Positions 11,516 through 24,000 of a stretch of DNA of 64,000 nt are shown one piece after another (position 1 is the first letter of the stretch; every line of letters begins with the position of its first letter). Both the position numbers and the translations under genes were made by a program. Source of the stretch: Camelus dromedarius. Its lineage: Eukaryota. The stretch is from positions 94,304,001-94,368,000 of the forward strand of contig NC_087437.1 of NCBI RefSeq assembly GCF_036321535.1, read 5' to 3'. Below the pieces are notes generated by a model. The model had not been told where the DNA came from. It saw nothing but the letters and a program-made list of their open reading frames with translations, and searched no databases.

Positions 11516-13349
11516 GTAAGGTCATCTAATAGTGTGACGCCAGTGATGACGATGGTTTGATGATGAGAGTCACCAATTTCACCTTACGGAAACATGGTGA
11601 TATAGATTCCCAGAACAATGCCAAGGGGTAACCCGGTCTCCTCCTACCTCTCTGGGGGTTCAGAACATCTGTTGCAATCACTTGGCGCAGTCTCCATGGT
11701 CCAAGGTACTTCGAGGTAGTCACTTGAAAGTACTTGCAGTAAAGGACAAGCAGAATAGTCTAACCTTTTTACACGTTGGATCAGTTTTATAGTTCTTCAT
11801 GTTGTTTTTATTAACCAGAGGTTTGTTAATTACTGTATCAGGAAAAAGACCTCTATGAATGAATATTTTTGGGCAAACTGTTTTGTTTAAAATTACATGT
11901 CTCATGAATGCCTTTAATAATTTAATGTAAGGCATATGTATCTCGGACTGGACATTAATTTCCCAAAGTTCTTTTTCAAGAACTATCTAAAAGGAGTTTG
12001 GAAGCACTAACCCAGGGATTCACTTAGTTTTAGAACTTTTATTATTTACAAAAAAAATTCATCCCTCAGTAACTATTTGGGACTTCTAGGAATGCATTGC
12101 CATCCTAAATGATTAAAATATTGAGAGGTTTTGAAATATATTTGCAGATGTCAGGCTAAGGTTGAACATGCTAACTTAGCATCGAGTCCTTTATATCCTC
12201 AGAAGAGAAACAATAAAAGGATGGAAATATAGTCTATACTGAATTAATGTCCAGAAATGGCTTAGATGGATTCTGTAATAAACTCCAAATAATCAGATAA
12301 TGTATTTCACTGAAATATCTGTCAAATACTTTTTAAAGAAATAGCTGGTCTTACTTAATCAACTTTATCCGTTTTTGAAGGAAACATGGGACTCTGTCTA
12401 AAATGAACTATGTCAGAATTTATTTCAGGCCTCTCGATTTTCTCAACTGGAAACTTTAAATTACTCAATGAAAAAACCCTAAAAATGTAAAGACATTCCA
12501 AAATCACATTCGGCTTTTTTCAGTTTCTAGACTGTATTGATCTGTTTCATATTTCTTTAGAGATACAAATCATCTTGTTAACAATGTTTTCTGTTTATTC
12601 TTGAGCATCAGTTGATGTGCATTCAGTTTGCAGCTTTTCCCTAGATACAAACAGCGAGGGTACCAATTAGGTTGGTGTTTTCTGTGAGGCAGGCAATTCT
12701 TCACAAAGAACCGGAATAAAACCAGCTGAGCTCACTAGGACACAGCACGGCTCTGGCCTCTGCCTCAGGCTACATTCAAAATTAAACTGAAGTACAGTAA
12801 CCTCAACCCAGGTTAACAGACAAGAGATAGAGGTAATTTCATAGTATTGGAACTAAACAGGAATGAGAAACACTGTGTCTGAAAATCTAGAAATATTTAT
12901 ATATGAAAATCCTAGACATACAATGAAAATATTTCATGCTACTTGTGTTATTCCTGATGAATAAGATGGCATGCTATTAACAAGGTAGAAAGGATTCTTA
13001 TCCAAAATGCATAGGTCTGGTATGTTATTTTACACACAAACACCCCAAAGCCACAATCAGGCATTCTATAGAAATAATTCAAAAGTCGATATGTGCTTCC
13101 TGCACCAATCGGAAAATTTAATTACATTCGTTGTTTTTTTTCCCTCCAAGTTGTTGATGTTTTCTCTCCCAAACTTTCACTAAATTCTTAACTTACTCTA
13201 GGTATTTACAGAGATTTTAACTTTCTTCAGTTATTAAAATGTACCCAAATCTAATTGCCTTCATTGTTTGGGATAATTACTCCAGATATTTTTTAAACAA
13301 GCAAAACATTAATAATATAAGAATAATTCAACTCCATTTTCTCCCACTC

Positions 13350-13570
13350 CCTTCATTCCACAGGTCGTTTTGAATACCTCAGTGCTGGGCAGGATGTTAG
13401 AAGCAAAGGATTCACAGCCGTGAATAACACTGACCAAGTCCCAGATCGCATGTGGGTCCCTCACATTTTCCCATGGCAGACAGACAATAAATAAATGAAA
13501 TATCATTATGTGTCAATTACTGGTGAGTGCTATGACAAAAAGTAGAGTGGAATAAGAGACTAGGTTTAAG
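13350..13570 (-). mobile_element. L2 3' end fragment
   Basis: ttcattc..gaatacctc..cagacagacaataaataaat..gtgagtgctatga matches the antisense L2 3' end pattern. Confidence 0.6.
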
Positions 13571-13761
13571 AGAGGATTTTTGTAGAAAAATTTGTTTTTA
13601 TTTGTCCACTTTTCCAGAGTCTGATTTAAGACTATTGATGCCCAAAGAAAAATTACAGGTACTTTACAATTCCAAAGTCTGATATTTAACAACAAAAAAA
13701 TTCATTTGGTCACTCCTTTCTTGTGGAAAATCTCTGACCAAGATATAAGCTCTGGTAATCC

Positions 13762-15325
13762 TTTTTTTTTTTTAATTAACTCTATTTTTAGAATAGTTTT
13801 AAGTTCACAAAACAATTGAGCAGAAAGTACAGAGAGTTACCATAGACTCCCTGCTCCCACACCCAACCCCACTGACATCTTTCACCAGAACAATACAATT
13901 TATCATCGATGAACCTATATTGACACATCTTTATCACTCAGAGTCCGTAGTTTACATTAGGGTTCTCTCTTGGTGTTGTACATTCTACAGATTTTGACAA
14001 ATGTACAATAGCACATATTCACCATTATAGCATCCTGCAGAATATGATACTAAAATGCTCTGTACTCATCTTATTCGTCCTTCCTTTTTCCCAGCCCCTG
14101 GAAACCACTGACCTTTTTACTGTCTACATAGCGCTACCTTTTACAGAATGTTATATAGTTGGAGTCATGACGTCTTCTCAGATTGGCTTCTTTCACTTAA
14201 TAATATACACTTAAGTTCCTCCATGTCTTTCCATGGTTTGATAACTCTTTTAGCACTGAACAATGTTTCACTGTCTGGATTTAACACTATCTATTCATTC
14301 ACCTACTGAAGGATGTCTTTTTGCTTCCAAGTTTTGGAATTATGAATAAAGCTGCTATAAACATCTGTGTGCTGGTATTTGGGTGGTCGTAAGTTTTTAG
14401 CTCCTTTGGGTAAATACCAAGGAGTGTAATTGCTGGATTGTACGCATAACTTTGTAAAAACTGTCCAAATATCTTCCTAAGTGGGTGTACCACTTCCTAA
14501 GTGGCAGACCATTCATTCCCATCAGCAATGAATGAGAATTCTTATGCCCACATGATCCTCTGCATTTAATACTCTCAGTGTTTGGGGGTTTTGCCATCTT
14601 GATAGGCATTGAGTGGTATCCCATTGTTGTTTTAAGTTGCAATTCTTTAATGGCATATAATGCTGGGCATCTTTTCATATGCTTATTTCTTATCTGTTTT
14701 TCTTCCCTATTGAGGTGTTTGTTCAGATCTTTTGCCCATTTTTTCATCAAGTTGTTTGTTTTCTTACTATTAAATTTTAAGAGTTCTTTGTATATTTTGG
14801 ATAACAGTTCTTTATCAGATATGCCTTTTAAAAACATTTTCTCCCTGTCTGTAGTTTATCTTCTAATTCTCTTAACAGCATCTTTCATGGACCAGAATTT
14901 TTTAATTTTAACATAATCCAGCTTGTCAGTTATTTTTTCATGGGTCACACATTTGGTTTTTATTTAAAAAGTCACCCCCACACCCAAGGTTGTCTAGGTT
15001 TCCTCCTGTGTTGTCTTCTAAGATTTTTACAGTTTTGCATTTTACGTTTAGGCATATGATCTATTTTGAGTTAATTTTTGTAAAGGGCTTAAGGTCTATT
15101 TGAGATTTGGTTTCAGTTTTTTGCATGTCAATGTCCAGTTGTTCTAGCACCATTTTTGAAAAGACTATCATTTCTGCATTGTCTTGCCTTTGCTCCTTCA
15201 TCAAAGACTATTGACTCTACTTGTGTGAATCTACTTCTTAAGTGTTTCATTGATCTACTTGTCTATTCTTTTGCCAATACCACACCGTCTTGATTACTGT
15301 AACTTTATAGTAAATCTTAAAGTCA
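13762..15325 (-). mobile_element. 5'-truncated L1 (L1MC1-like) with ORF2 C-terminal remnant
   Basis: Poly-T at 13762; L1MC-type 3' UTR; minus-strand ORF SDKELLSKIYKELLKFNSKKTNNLMKKWAKDLNKH is the L1 ORF2 C-terminus. Confidence 0.9.
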
Positions 15326-15337
15326 TGTGAAGATTTA

Positions 15338-16190
15338 AAATAAATGGTCAGTTAAATCTCCCTTGTGAGGTGACCTTTGAAAAAATATAGAGGCAAACCA
15401 TGGAAATAGATTGAGGACAAATAGTTCAGGAAAAGGAAACTGCAAGTGCAAATATTCTGAAGAGAATCATCTTTGATTTTTTTTTTTTTTTTCAAAAAAA
15501 AGCAAAGTTGCCTTGAAAGCTGGGAAAGTGTTCCTTAGGAAGAGTGAGAAGACATAAAGCAGGGGTCATTGCAAGCACTGGGTCAGGTAGGGCCATGCAA
15601 GCCCTGTTCAAGGCCATAGATTGTATTTTAAAGATATCAGGACCCAGCAGAGGATTTGAGTAGATAGTAAGTGATATTATATGATTTATATTTTTAAAGA
15701 ATCATCTGGAAGCTCATGGAGAACAAATATTGTGTCTTGCCTGGGGCCAAAATAGAAATAGAGACACCATTTAGGGTACCTTCACCGCAGTCTAGTGCAA
15801 AGATAACAGGGCCACAGGTTTGAATGGAGCCATGGAGGTTTTGGAAAGTAACTGCATTTTGGATGTATTCTGAAGATAAAGCAGAGAAGATGGATTAAAT
15901 GTCAGAAGATGAGATATGAAAGAGGAAACAAGTACGACACTGTAAATTTTGATCTAAGCACTTGATGAATGTAGATGTTATAGAATTGAATGGGACACAC
16001 TTAGGGAAGAGCAGGTTTGGTTAAAAACATGAAGTTCCATTTTGCCCACATTAGGTTTCATAGCTTATAAGAAATACGAGTGGAAATGTCAAGTAATCAT
16101 TTAAATGTAGAAGTCAGTATGGTGATACAAATTAGACAGTCACCAGCACATAGATAATATTTAAAGCAGATAAGAGTCTGGCTCCACCAA
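15338..16190 (-). mobile_element. L2 body fragment
   Basis: gaggtgacctttga, ggaaactgcaagtgcaaa, ggatgtattctgaag, ggaagagcaggtttg are typical antisense L2 motifs. Confidence 0.65.
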
Positions 16191-16605
16191 TCCACAATTT
16201 GAAAGAAATAAATGGTCAGTTAAATCTCTCTTGTGAAGTGACCTTTGAAAAAAATAAAGAAGCAAATCACACAAATATTATCACACCAACATGTCTTCAA
16301 GTTTGAAAATTAGCAACTTCATAGACTAACAGCTTACCATCAGTCCATTAATATGAACTCAAATTTCTAGTTAAGCATATACTGACCGGTGAACATATTC
16401 TTCAGTCTGCATAAATATAGCTTAGCATTCCATCACGCTTATCTGTGATTTTCTGTTTATTCCTGTTTTATCATTTCTGTGACCTTTAAGAAAGACCAGG
16501 AGCAGAGGCATTATTTGGAAAGACAAGTTGGTGGCCAAATTGGAATCACTACTGGAGATGGAAAAGAATTCAAGAGATATTATAAAAGCAAAATTGAAAA
16601 CTCAG

Positions 16606-17050
16606 TTTATATTAGTTTCCTAGGGGCTGTTGGAACAAAGCACCATGAACGTAAGATAGGAATTTATTGTCACATTTCTGGAGGCAAGAAGTCTGAAATC
16701 AAGTGTCAGCAGGACCAGCCTATCTATAAAAGTTCTAGGGGAAACCCTTCCTTTCCACTTCCTAGATTCCAGTGATGGCTGGCAATCCCTGGCTTTTCTT
16801 ATATTGTAATTGGATCATTCACTTCTCTTCTTCCATCTTCACATAGCCCCTGTCTATGTCTTCAGCATCTCTGTATTTTTTCTCATTTAAGGGGATCAGT
16901 CATTGACGTTCAGACCGACTCTAATCCAGTATGGCCTCATCGTACCTTGATGACACTTGCAAAGACTCTGTTTCCAGATAAGGTCACATTTACAAGTACC
17001 AGGGGTTAGGATTTCAAAATATCTTTTGGAGGGGAGATAATTTAAGCCAG
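16606..17050 (-). mobile_element. MaLR solo LTR (MLT1C-like)
   Basis: tattagtttcctaggggctg..ctggaggcaagaagtctgaaatcaag..ataaggtcacatt..ggggttaggatttca. Confidence 0.85.
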
Positions 17051-17344
17051 TTGAATGTGGGATGTGAGGCAGAAGAGACAAGGGGACAAGAGATGTAGCG
17101 GGAAAGAGGGAAAGAGGCATATGTTATTCCTAGGATCCTACCTAAGTGAGTGGCTAGTTGGTGCCAGACAAGCAGCCTTGGAAGGGTGGGAGATAATTCA
17201 TAAGAAGTTCAGGCTCAGATATCTACAAGAGCTGGTTATATGTATCTGAAGCTTGATACATTTGGGGACAATGAATAGAGTCATCAATACATTGTTAATA
17301 GTGGAAACCATGAAAGTAAATGAATAACTGGGATAAATTAATCA

Positions 17345-17560
17345 TAGTTAACATGCATTAAGCACTTACTGTGCCAGCCACTGTACTAAGCACTTCGTGT
17401 ATATTAACTAATGTAGTCCTTACACGACTTTATATTTTGGTACAATTGTTACCCCTGTTTCACAGATTTGGAAACTGAGTCTTAGAAAGATTAAATACCT
17501 TGCTTAAGCTAGTAACTTGCTGAGGCGGGATTTAATACCAGGCTCTCTGAATACAGAGCC
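17345..17560 (-). mobile_element. MIR SINE
   Basis: agcacttactgtgccagccactgtactaagcactt..tttcacagatttggaaactgagtcttagaaagattaa. Confidence 0.85.
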
Positions 17561-17599
17561 CGTATGAAAAATAACTTCTTTGAGGAACAGCTACAACAA

Positions 17600-18004
17600 C
17601 AATAAAAAGATCGTGGTTTCCAGGAGTTTGGAGAGAGGGAGGGAGGAATGAATAGATGTAGCACAAGGGATTTTTAGGGCAATGAAGTTATTCTGTATTA
17701 TACTATAGTGGTGGCTACATGTCATTATGCATTTTTCAAAACTCATAGAATGCACAACATCAAGAGTGAACCCTAATGTAAAGTAAGGGCTTTGGTTGAT
17801 AATAATGTGTCCATGTTGGTTCATCGATTGTACCAAATATGCCACACTGATGAGGGATGCTGAGTGTAGGGAAGAGTATATGTCTGAGTAGGGAGGGCTA
17901 TACGCCAACTGTCTGTATTTTCTGCTCAGTTCTGTTGTGAACCTGAAACTGCTCTAAAAGAATAACGTCTATTAAAAAAAAAAAAAAAAAGAAGAAGAAA
18001 AAAG
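17600..18004 (+). mobile_element. L1 3' end (L1MC1-like) with A-rich tail
   Basis: agagtgaaccctaatgtaaa..tgtgaacctgaaactgctctaaaa followed by poly-A from 17974. Confidence 0.85.
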
Positions 18005-18928
18005 AAGTCTCTTGATTTGTCAAACAAGAGCCACCAGAAGCAAAGATAAGCACAATCCCATACATGGCGTCATTGATGAAACAATAGTTGTTTAGCCTGG
18101 AGGTGAGATTCTCCTACTCTAAGGAAATTTTTCCTCTTCTCTGTAATTTTAGAGGACAGAAATACAGCCAATGGGTGGCAGTGAAGTAAGTCTAACATAA
18201 AATTAGAGCTGTCTAAAATGGAATCGCAAATCATAAGGCAAAATTGTCTCCTTATCCTTAAGATAAGGGGCACTCAGAAGATTTTTAAGGGATGTTTTGA
18301 TGTTGGAATGATGCTAGGAGGACCTCTGAAGAACGTTATAAAGGGATGTAGGAATACATAATTATTAAGACGCATTCCAACTATGAGTTCCAACATTTAG
18401 TTTTTTTTTTATTTTAGGAAGAACTATATAAATAATTACCAAATGAATATGTATGAAAGTACAAATATGAAATATTGTAAAATTGTATTTTAAACACATT
18501 TATGCATAGAAAAAAACCAGAAACAAAAAATATCAAAATTCAAACTCATTATCTCTGAGTTGTGGGATTACATTTGATTAAAAATATTATTTTTGATTTT
18601 TTAATAGTTATCCAAGGTAGCTAATTTTAAAAACAGATTTTAAGTTGTAAACTTGTGAAGGCATGTTTACTGCTAAGAATAAAATATTCAAACAATTGTT
18701 GTAACATGAGATTAAAAATAATTTGTATTGACACAACTGTATTTACAAAGAATCTTGACAGTCTATTTATAGAGGATAAACTGAGGCCATGGTAATTTTC
18801 AGGCCTGGAACTACTATCTGTTTGCATCTCCAGTTCTGCAACTGATGAAAATGTGAGAAGTATTTATCAGAGAATTTTTTTCCCCAGATATACTATTATT
18901 GCTGAGCGGGAAACAGTGACTAATCTTT

Positions 18929-18948
18929 TATATATACATACATATATA

Positions 18949-19043
<95 letters not shown>
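18929..19043. repeat. Compound (TA)/(TG)/(CA) microsatellite
   Basis: 115 nt of uninterrupted pyrimidine-purine alternation. Confidence 0.95.
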
Positions 19044-19044
<1 letters not shown>

Positions 19045-20484
19045 GTAGTGGAAATTGCTTATTTAAACTTACATATTTCATTGAAGAACTGAGGTTAAAT
19101 CCAAGAATTCCAGATCACTTAGTAAATAAAGAAAAAGACTTGAAAAATTTTTAGAAACCTCAATGTGTGTGCAAAGACCACCCTGAACTATGGAATTGAA
19201 TATAATCATCTTTTTACCAGGCTGGATAAGATCCAAAATTTGTAATAAAAGATTTTATCAGGGCAAGGAGCCTCACTTTATGAAGAGTGCCTTTAATAAC
19301 ATTAGTTTTATTTAACTGTCAATTCTAAGGACTAAATTAGATGATGCTTGGTGGTTATCATATTAGCTATTAGAAATTAACAGCACTGAATCATAGCTGA
19401 AAGTCCTTCAATTTGTACACAGAGTTATTTAAAACAATGGACAATGGAATTATGGGTGTTTGAGGGTGTGTGTAATGAAATTAAGAGGCAGATTGGTGGC
19501 CTGAACTTTGTACAGGACAGGAAGATTAATCTTCTCTTTCAAAGCTTTCTTATATAAAATTACATTAAAGCAAGCTCAGTTCTTAGACCCTCTGACCAGA
19601 GATGTCTTATGCACGTATTTTAAATTATGTGCATATCATACATTTCCAGTTTATTTAGCCATATTCAAGCAAAACACCAGATCTGACTATATATGTATTA
19701 TAGAGTCATCAATCAGTGTTACATAGATCCAACATTACTGGTTGTCTCAACTACATTTACATAGTATGTTCTACTGGTATCTGTAGTTGCATACTGTTTC
19801 CTAGCCACTTAATCTGAGAATCTGTATTTGAAAATATTCAATTGAATGTATGAGAGATAACGGTAGATAACAAATGTGTTTCATTAGATTGCACGATAGA
19901 AATGGAAATGTGGTTTTATGAGGTACCTAGATCATTATCGTTAAAATTATATCTTGTTTTTAATAAAACCATTGTATTTAAAGTAGGCAACCAAACCATG
20001 CAGGTTTCTTCTTTAAAATTTCCAATGGGCTGTATTTTGGCTAATTTTATTATAACTCTCATTCTGCATTATTATTCCAAGGCAGTAAAACCAGGTAATT
20101 AAATTAGCTGTGACTTTGCAACTAATTTTCAGATTTTTGAGAACATATGCTACTTTTCATCCTGTAATTTATTCAAACTTTGACCTGGCAAGTTTCCCCG
20201 CCTCCAAATTAACCTAAGGATCAATTTCACAGAGGAATAACATTTTAATAAAATTGAATAGCATAGTATGGATTATCATAAATGAATTCCAATATTCTTT
20301 TGATTGTGAATATTCCTGAACACCTGGAGAGGCAGATTTGAAATGGCAGGACACTAGCCAAACACAGCCCTTCCCCTTAATCAGTGAATTCATCATTAGG
20401 TCAATGTCAGTCATCTGAGGAGTTAGATTTTGGTTGCTTAAGGCATAACTTTTTCTCAACAACACCATTACAACTGGATCTTTT

Positions 20485-20965
20485 TCCAATTAGGGATTGT
20501 GTTTGGTTGCCTGTAACAGAAACTTGTCTTATGATCACATAAGGCTTAATTTTGTCAAATAGCATGAAGGTGCAGGGAGATAATAAATTGCCTTCTCTAA
20601 GCCACCCGAGTCCAGGCTCTTTCTGGATCTCTGCTCCCACAATCTTAACCCAAAGCCTTCCTCTGGATGTTCAAAAGTTGGCTTCCGTGCATCCAGATAT
20701 TGCATCCTTGTTCCAAGGAGTTAAAAGGGGGAAAGACAAAGGGCAAAAGGATAGGAGCAAGGACAATTAAGTCAGTTTGAAAAAAACACATAAATAAAAC
20801 AACAACAAAGAAACCTTTGGAGGAATCCCCACTGCCTGTCTTCGCTTACATCTCTACGGCGAGATGCTCATTAGACAGCTGCACCGAGTTGTAAGACAGG
20901 CTTGGCTGTGAGCACGTATAACTGGGGACACTGTCACAGAAAATAAAATCACAGTTCCCTTAAAA
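20485..20965 (-). mobile_element. Old MaLR LTR (MLT1K/L-like)
   Basis: ttagggattgtgtttggttgcctgtaacagaaac..ccagatattgcatccttgttccaagg..cttacatctc pattern. Confidence 0.5.
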
Positions 20966-23699
20966 AGAGAAAATGGGTTTAAAAAAAATGGGAAAATGAG
21001 GAAATGAATATTAGGCAGGTAGGAGAGCCTGAGGCTGATAGATTCAAGAACTCCTCAACCTAAATTCTGCCTATTAGTGGGATGAAGTTTTCTCCCTTTA
21101 ACCTACCTTCCAAATTACAGTTACTTTAATAACTGCTAATGAGAAATGTTGCTTTGAAAAACAACCTGAGAATTTTGCATCCCCTTTATTCCACTGACCT
21201 CCCAACCACCCAGTTCCAGTGGTCTCAGCATTCACCATGCCTAAGCTCTCACCAGCATGGTCGTGTCTGTTACCATGTAAAACTGACTCACTCCCAAGAC
21301 TGATCTGTAAGTCCCTCTCAGATTACCGTCTCCTGTCCTTTCACTTTCCCCATCCCTTTATTCTCACTGAATCCGATCTCTGCCTTCATACGTAGAAGCT
21401 CTCATACTTCTCCCAAGCCCAGTGAGCGATCAGATTCCTTCTATTTGCGAACTTTTTTCTCCTGTTCTTACCTCCCTGTATCACTAATCTGGCAACCCAC
21501 AGTTTTATCAGTGCATTCATTTAATCAATGCACTCAATTATTTTCAACATGGGCTCTCCACAGAATGTCTGTCTCTAGGACAGTATGTAACAAGACTATA
21601 TGTTTTGCTCTGTCTCAAGTTAGTGTGAATCTCTAGATGGTTCTATACAACATCCGCAGTATTTTTTCCCCCAAGCAACTAGGGACAACATGGCTGGGAG
21701 GCCTTATTTTCATACCGCCACCATCCCAACAAGTGCCCGAGGCATATCCTCTTTATGTTTGGTACATTGTGTGTGCCTATGGAGGGGTGAGAGTCATGAG
21801 ATTCTGGCAAGTATGGCCCAAGGAAGGACTGAGTAAAGGTTTAAGGAAAACATGGTGATCAGAAGAAGAGATTTTGCCTTGTCCCTTGCAAATATTTTCT
21901 CCAAAACGTATATTCTCTATATTTTGATAAGGAACCAGAGACAGTTAAAACTGATGTTCATGTCATTGCAACACTTACTTAAAGCAATGAGGCTAACAAA
22001 GTCTAGGTGTATGAAAGGGTAGGGATGGAACAGGCATAGGGAGGAGAGAATTCCCTGGAGGATGATTGATACCTCAAAATAACATCCACCCATCCCACAG
22101 TAATGAAGAAACCATCTTCTGAAACCGTCTACTTTCCCTTACGGTCTGGATCCACAGTATTAACATTTTCCAAACTCAGAAGAAAAGCAAATATTTGACA
22201 CTGAGTGTTCACCTGTCAATTCTAATTCAATGATATGAATATAGAAAGAAATGTTTTATGAAGTCTCAGCAATGCAAAGGACTCTTTCCACTCCCCTAGA
22301 CCACGGATGCAATACCCACTACACATACGTCCCTAAACCCCCTGGACATGGACAATATGAAATATTATAGGAAATATTTTTCAAATGCTGAAAATTAAGT
22401 AGTTCATCTATATTTCTCAAAGGACAAAACTGATCAACTTCTCAACCAAATCATGAGAAGCAAAGAACTCACAATAGAGAATAAATCCTTCGGCAATTAA
22501 AAATTACTATGACTCTCGAAGCTGAAAACTTCTTGATATAGTTACTCAGTGCCAGAGAATTCATTCTCACTAGATCTGCTTTGTTAACATGGGCCACCAG
22601 CCAGCACTTCCATGAACTTTTTGTTATAGTGAACTTTTTATTGCAGTGGTGCGTGTAGGAGGGATTTGACCTGTATATGCCCCAAGAATTCTTTTCCAGA
22701 CTATAATTCACTTTGACAAGGCATTTAGATACACAGGTATAATTTAAATAAGGACACCTCCAGGCTTCAGAAACTTATACCATCTAAAATTACAACCATT
22801 CAAAGGAATAATTGTTTGGCTTCAAAATAAAATGTTCAGTAATGCATTCAGTAATTTTATTTATAAAATTAATACTTACTACTTATAATATATAGCTTTT
22901 ATTGGATATAATGCCAAAAATCTGAATTCTAGGTCTCCCACTTGGTACAAATGTCATTTGAAAAAAATGGAGTTCTTTTTGTATAAATTCTGTATATTTA
23001 GTTTTCAGATGCTTGTAATATTAGATCATAGAGCTATTTAATTCTATAATCTTATGGTCTAAATTTGGACATAACAGGAAAAAGATTTTTTGAACAGAAT
23101 TCTTGTAGTATTTGGTTTAATATTCTAGTAAAGGTTAACATTAAGTAATATATGAAATCTAACTGTGATCTATAATATCACTAAGAGAGAGTGAAAACTT
23201 ACTGATTACCTCCAATTATGTGCAAGATACTTTCTAGATGCTTCTTTTGCTTGGGCTTGAGGTGAGATATTAAATATGTATGTGTGTGTGCATACATATA
23301 TATATATGTATGTACAAGTATAGTTATATGTAAACATATTTAATTATAATTCAAAACATGCAAAGCATCACAAAACAGCCCAGGAGACACACTTGTTAAG
23401 TCATGTCTTAAGCTAGTGCTCTTGTTACTCAAGTATGTATTGCATCTGTCATAAAACTGGCAATGGACTTTTCACCTGGATTAAAACTCTTCCAAGATTC
23501 AAACCAGCAGCAACACTTCACACAATCAACCGTCCTTGGCCTCCCCATCTTCCACCTCCTCCACACACGTTTTTTGCCAATGTGAAGATGGTGAAGGATC
23601 ACTATATCCTGACCCTAATGCCCTTTGAAAAAAATTTTGGTGGAGGAATAATCGTTACAACTTTGGTCAAATATTCTTAGCTTTGATCTTTCAGGCACA

Positions 23700-24000
23700 C
23701 GTGAGGGTGCCTTTCTTCCCTTAGACTTTTCTACTTTTGGAATCTAGGTTGGCCTTATAATTCATTTTGGCCAATCAAGTGTGAGAAGTGCTATTAGTCA
23801 CTGTAGGGAAAATTTTTTAAAGCCAATTTGTGATTCTTCATTCTCTTTCTCTGGCAACAGTCAGGACACTGGCATGTCATCAGCCTGGGTAACTTACTGA
23901 CCACAATAAGCAGGAACTCCTGCCCACCATGATAGACACAGAGCATGAGTGAGAAATAAACCTTCATCATTTTAAGCCATCAAGACTTTTGAGTTTTAAC
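23700..24000 (+). mobile_element. Old MaLR LTR (MLT1H/I-like)
   Basis: ttttggccaatcaagtgtgag..gcatgagtgagaaataaacctt..ttttaagcca. Confidence 0.65.

Noticed and set aside
18853..19154. ORFs with YI/CV repeats (also 45036-45242)
   Set aside because: Translation of microsatellites.
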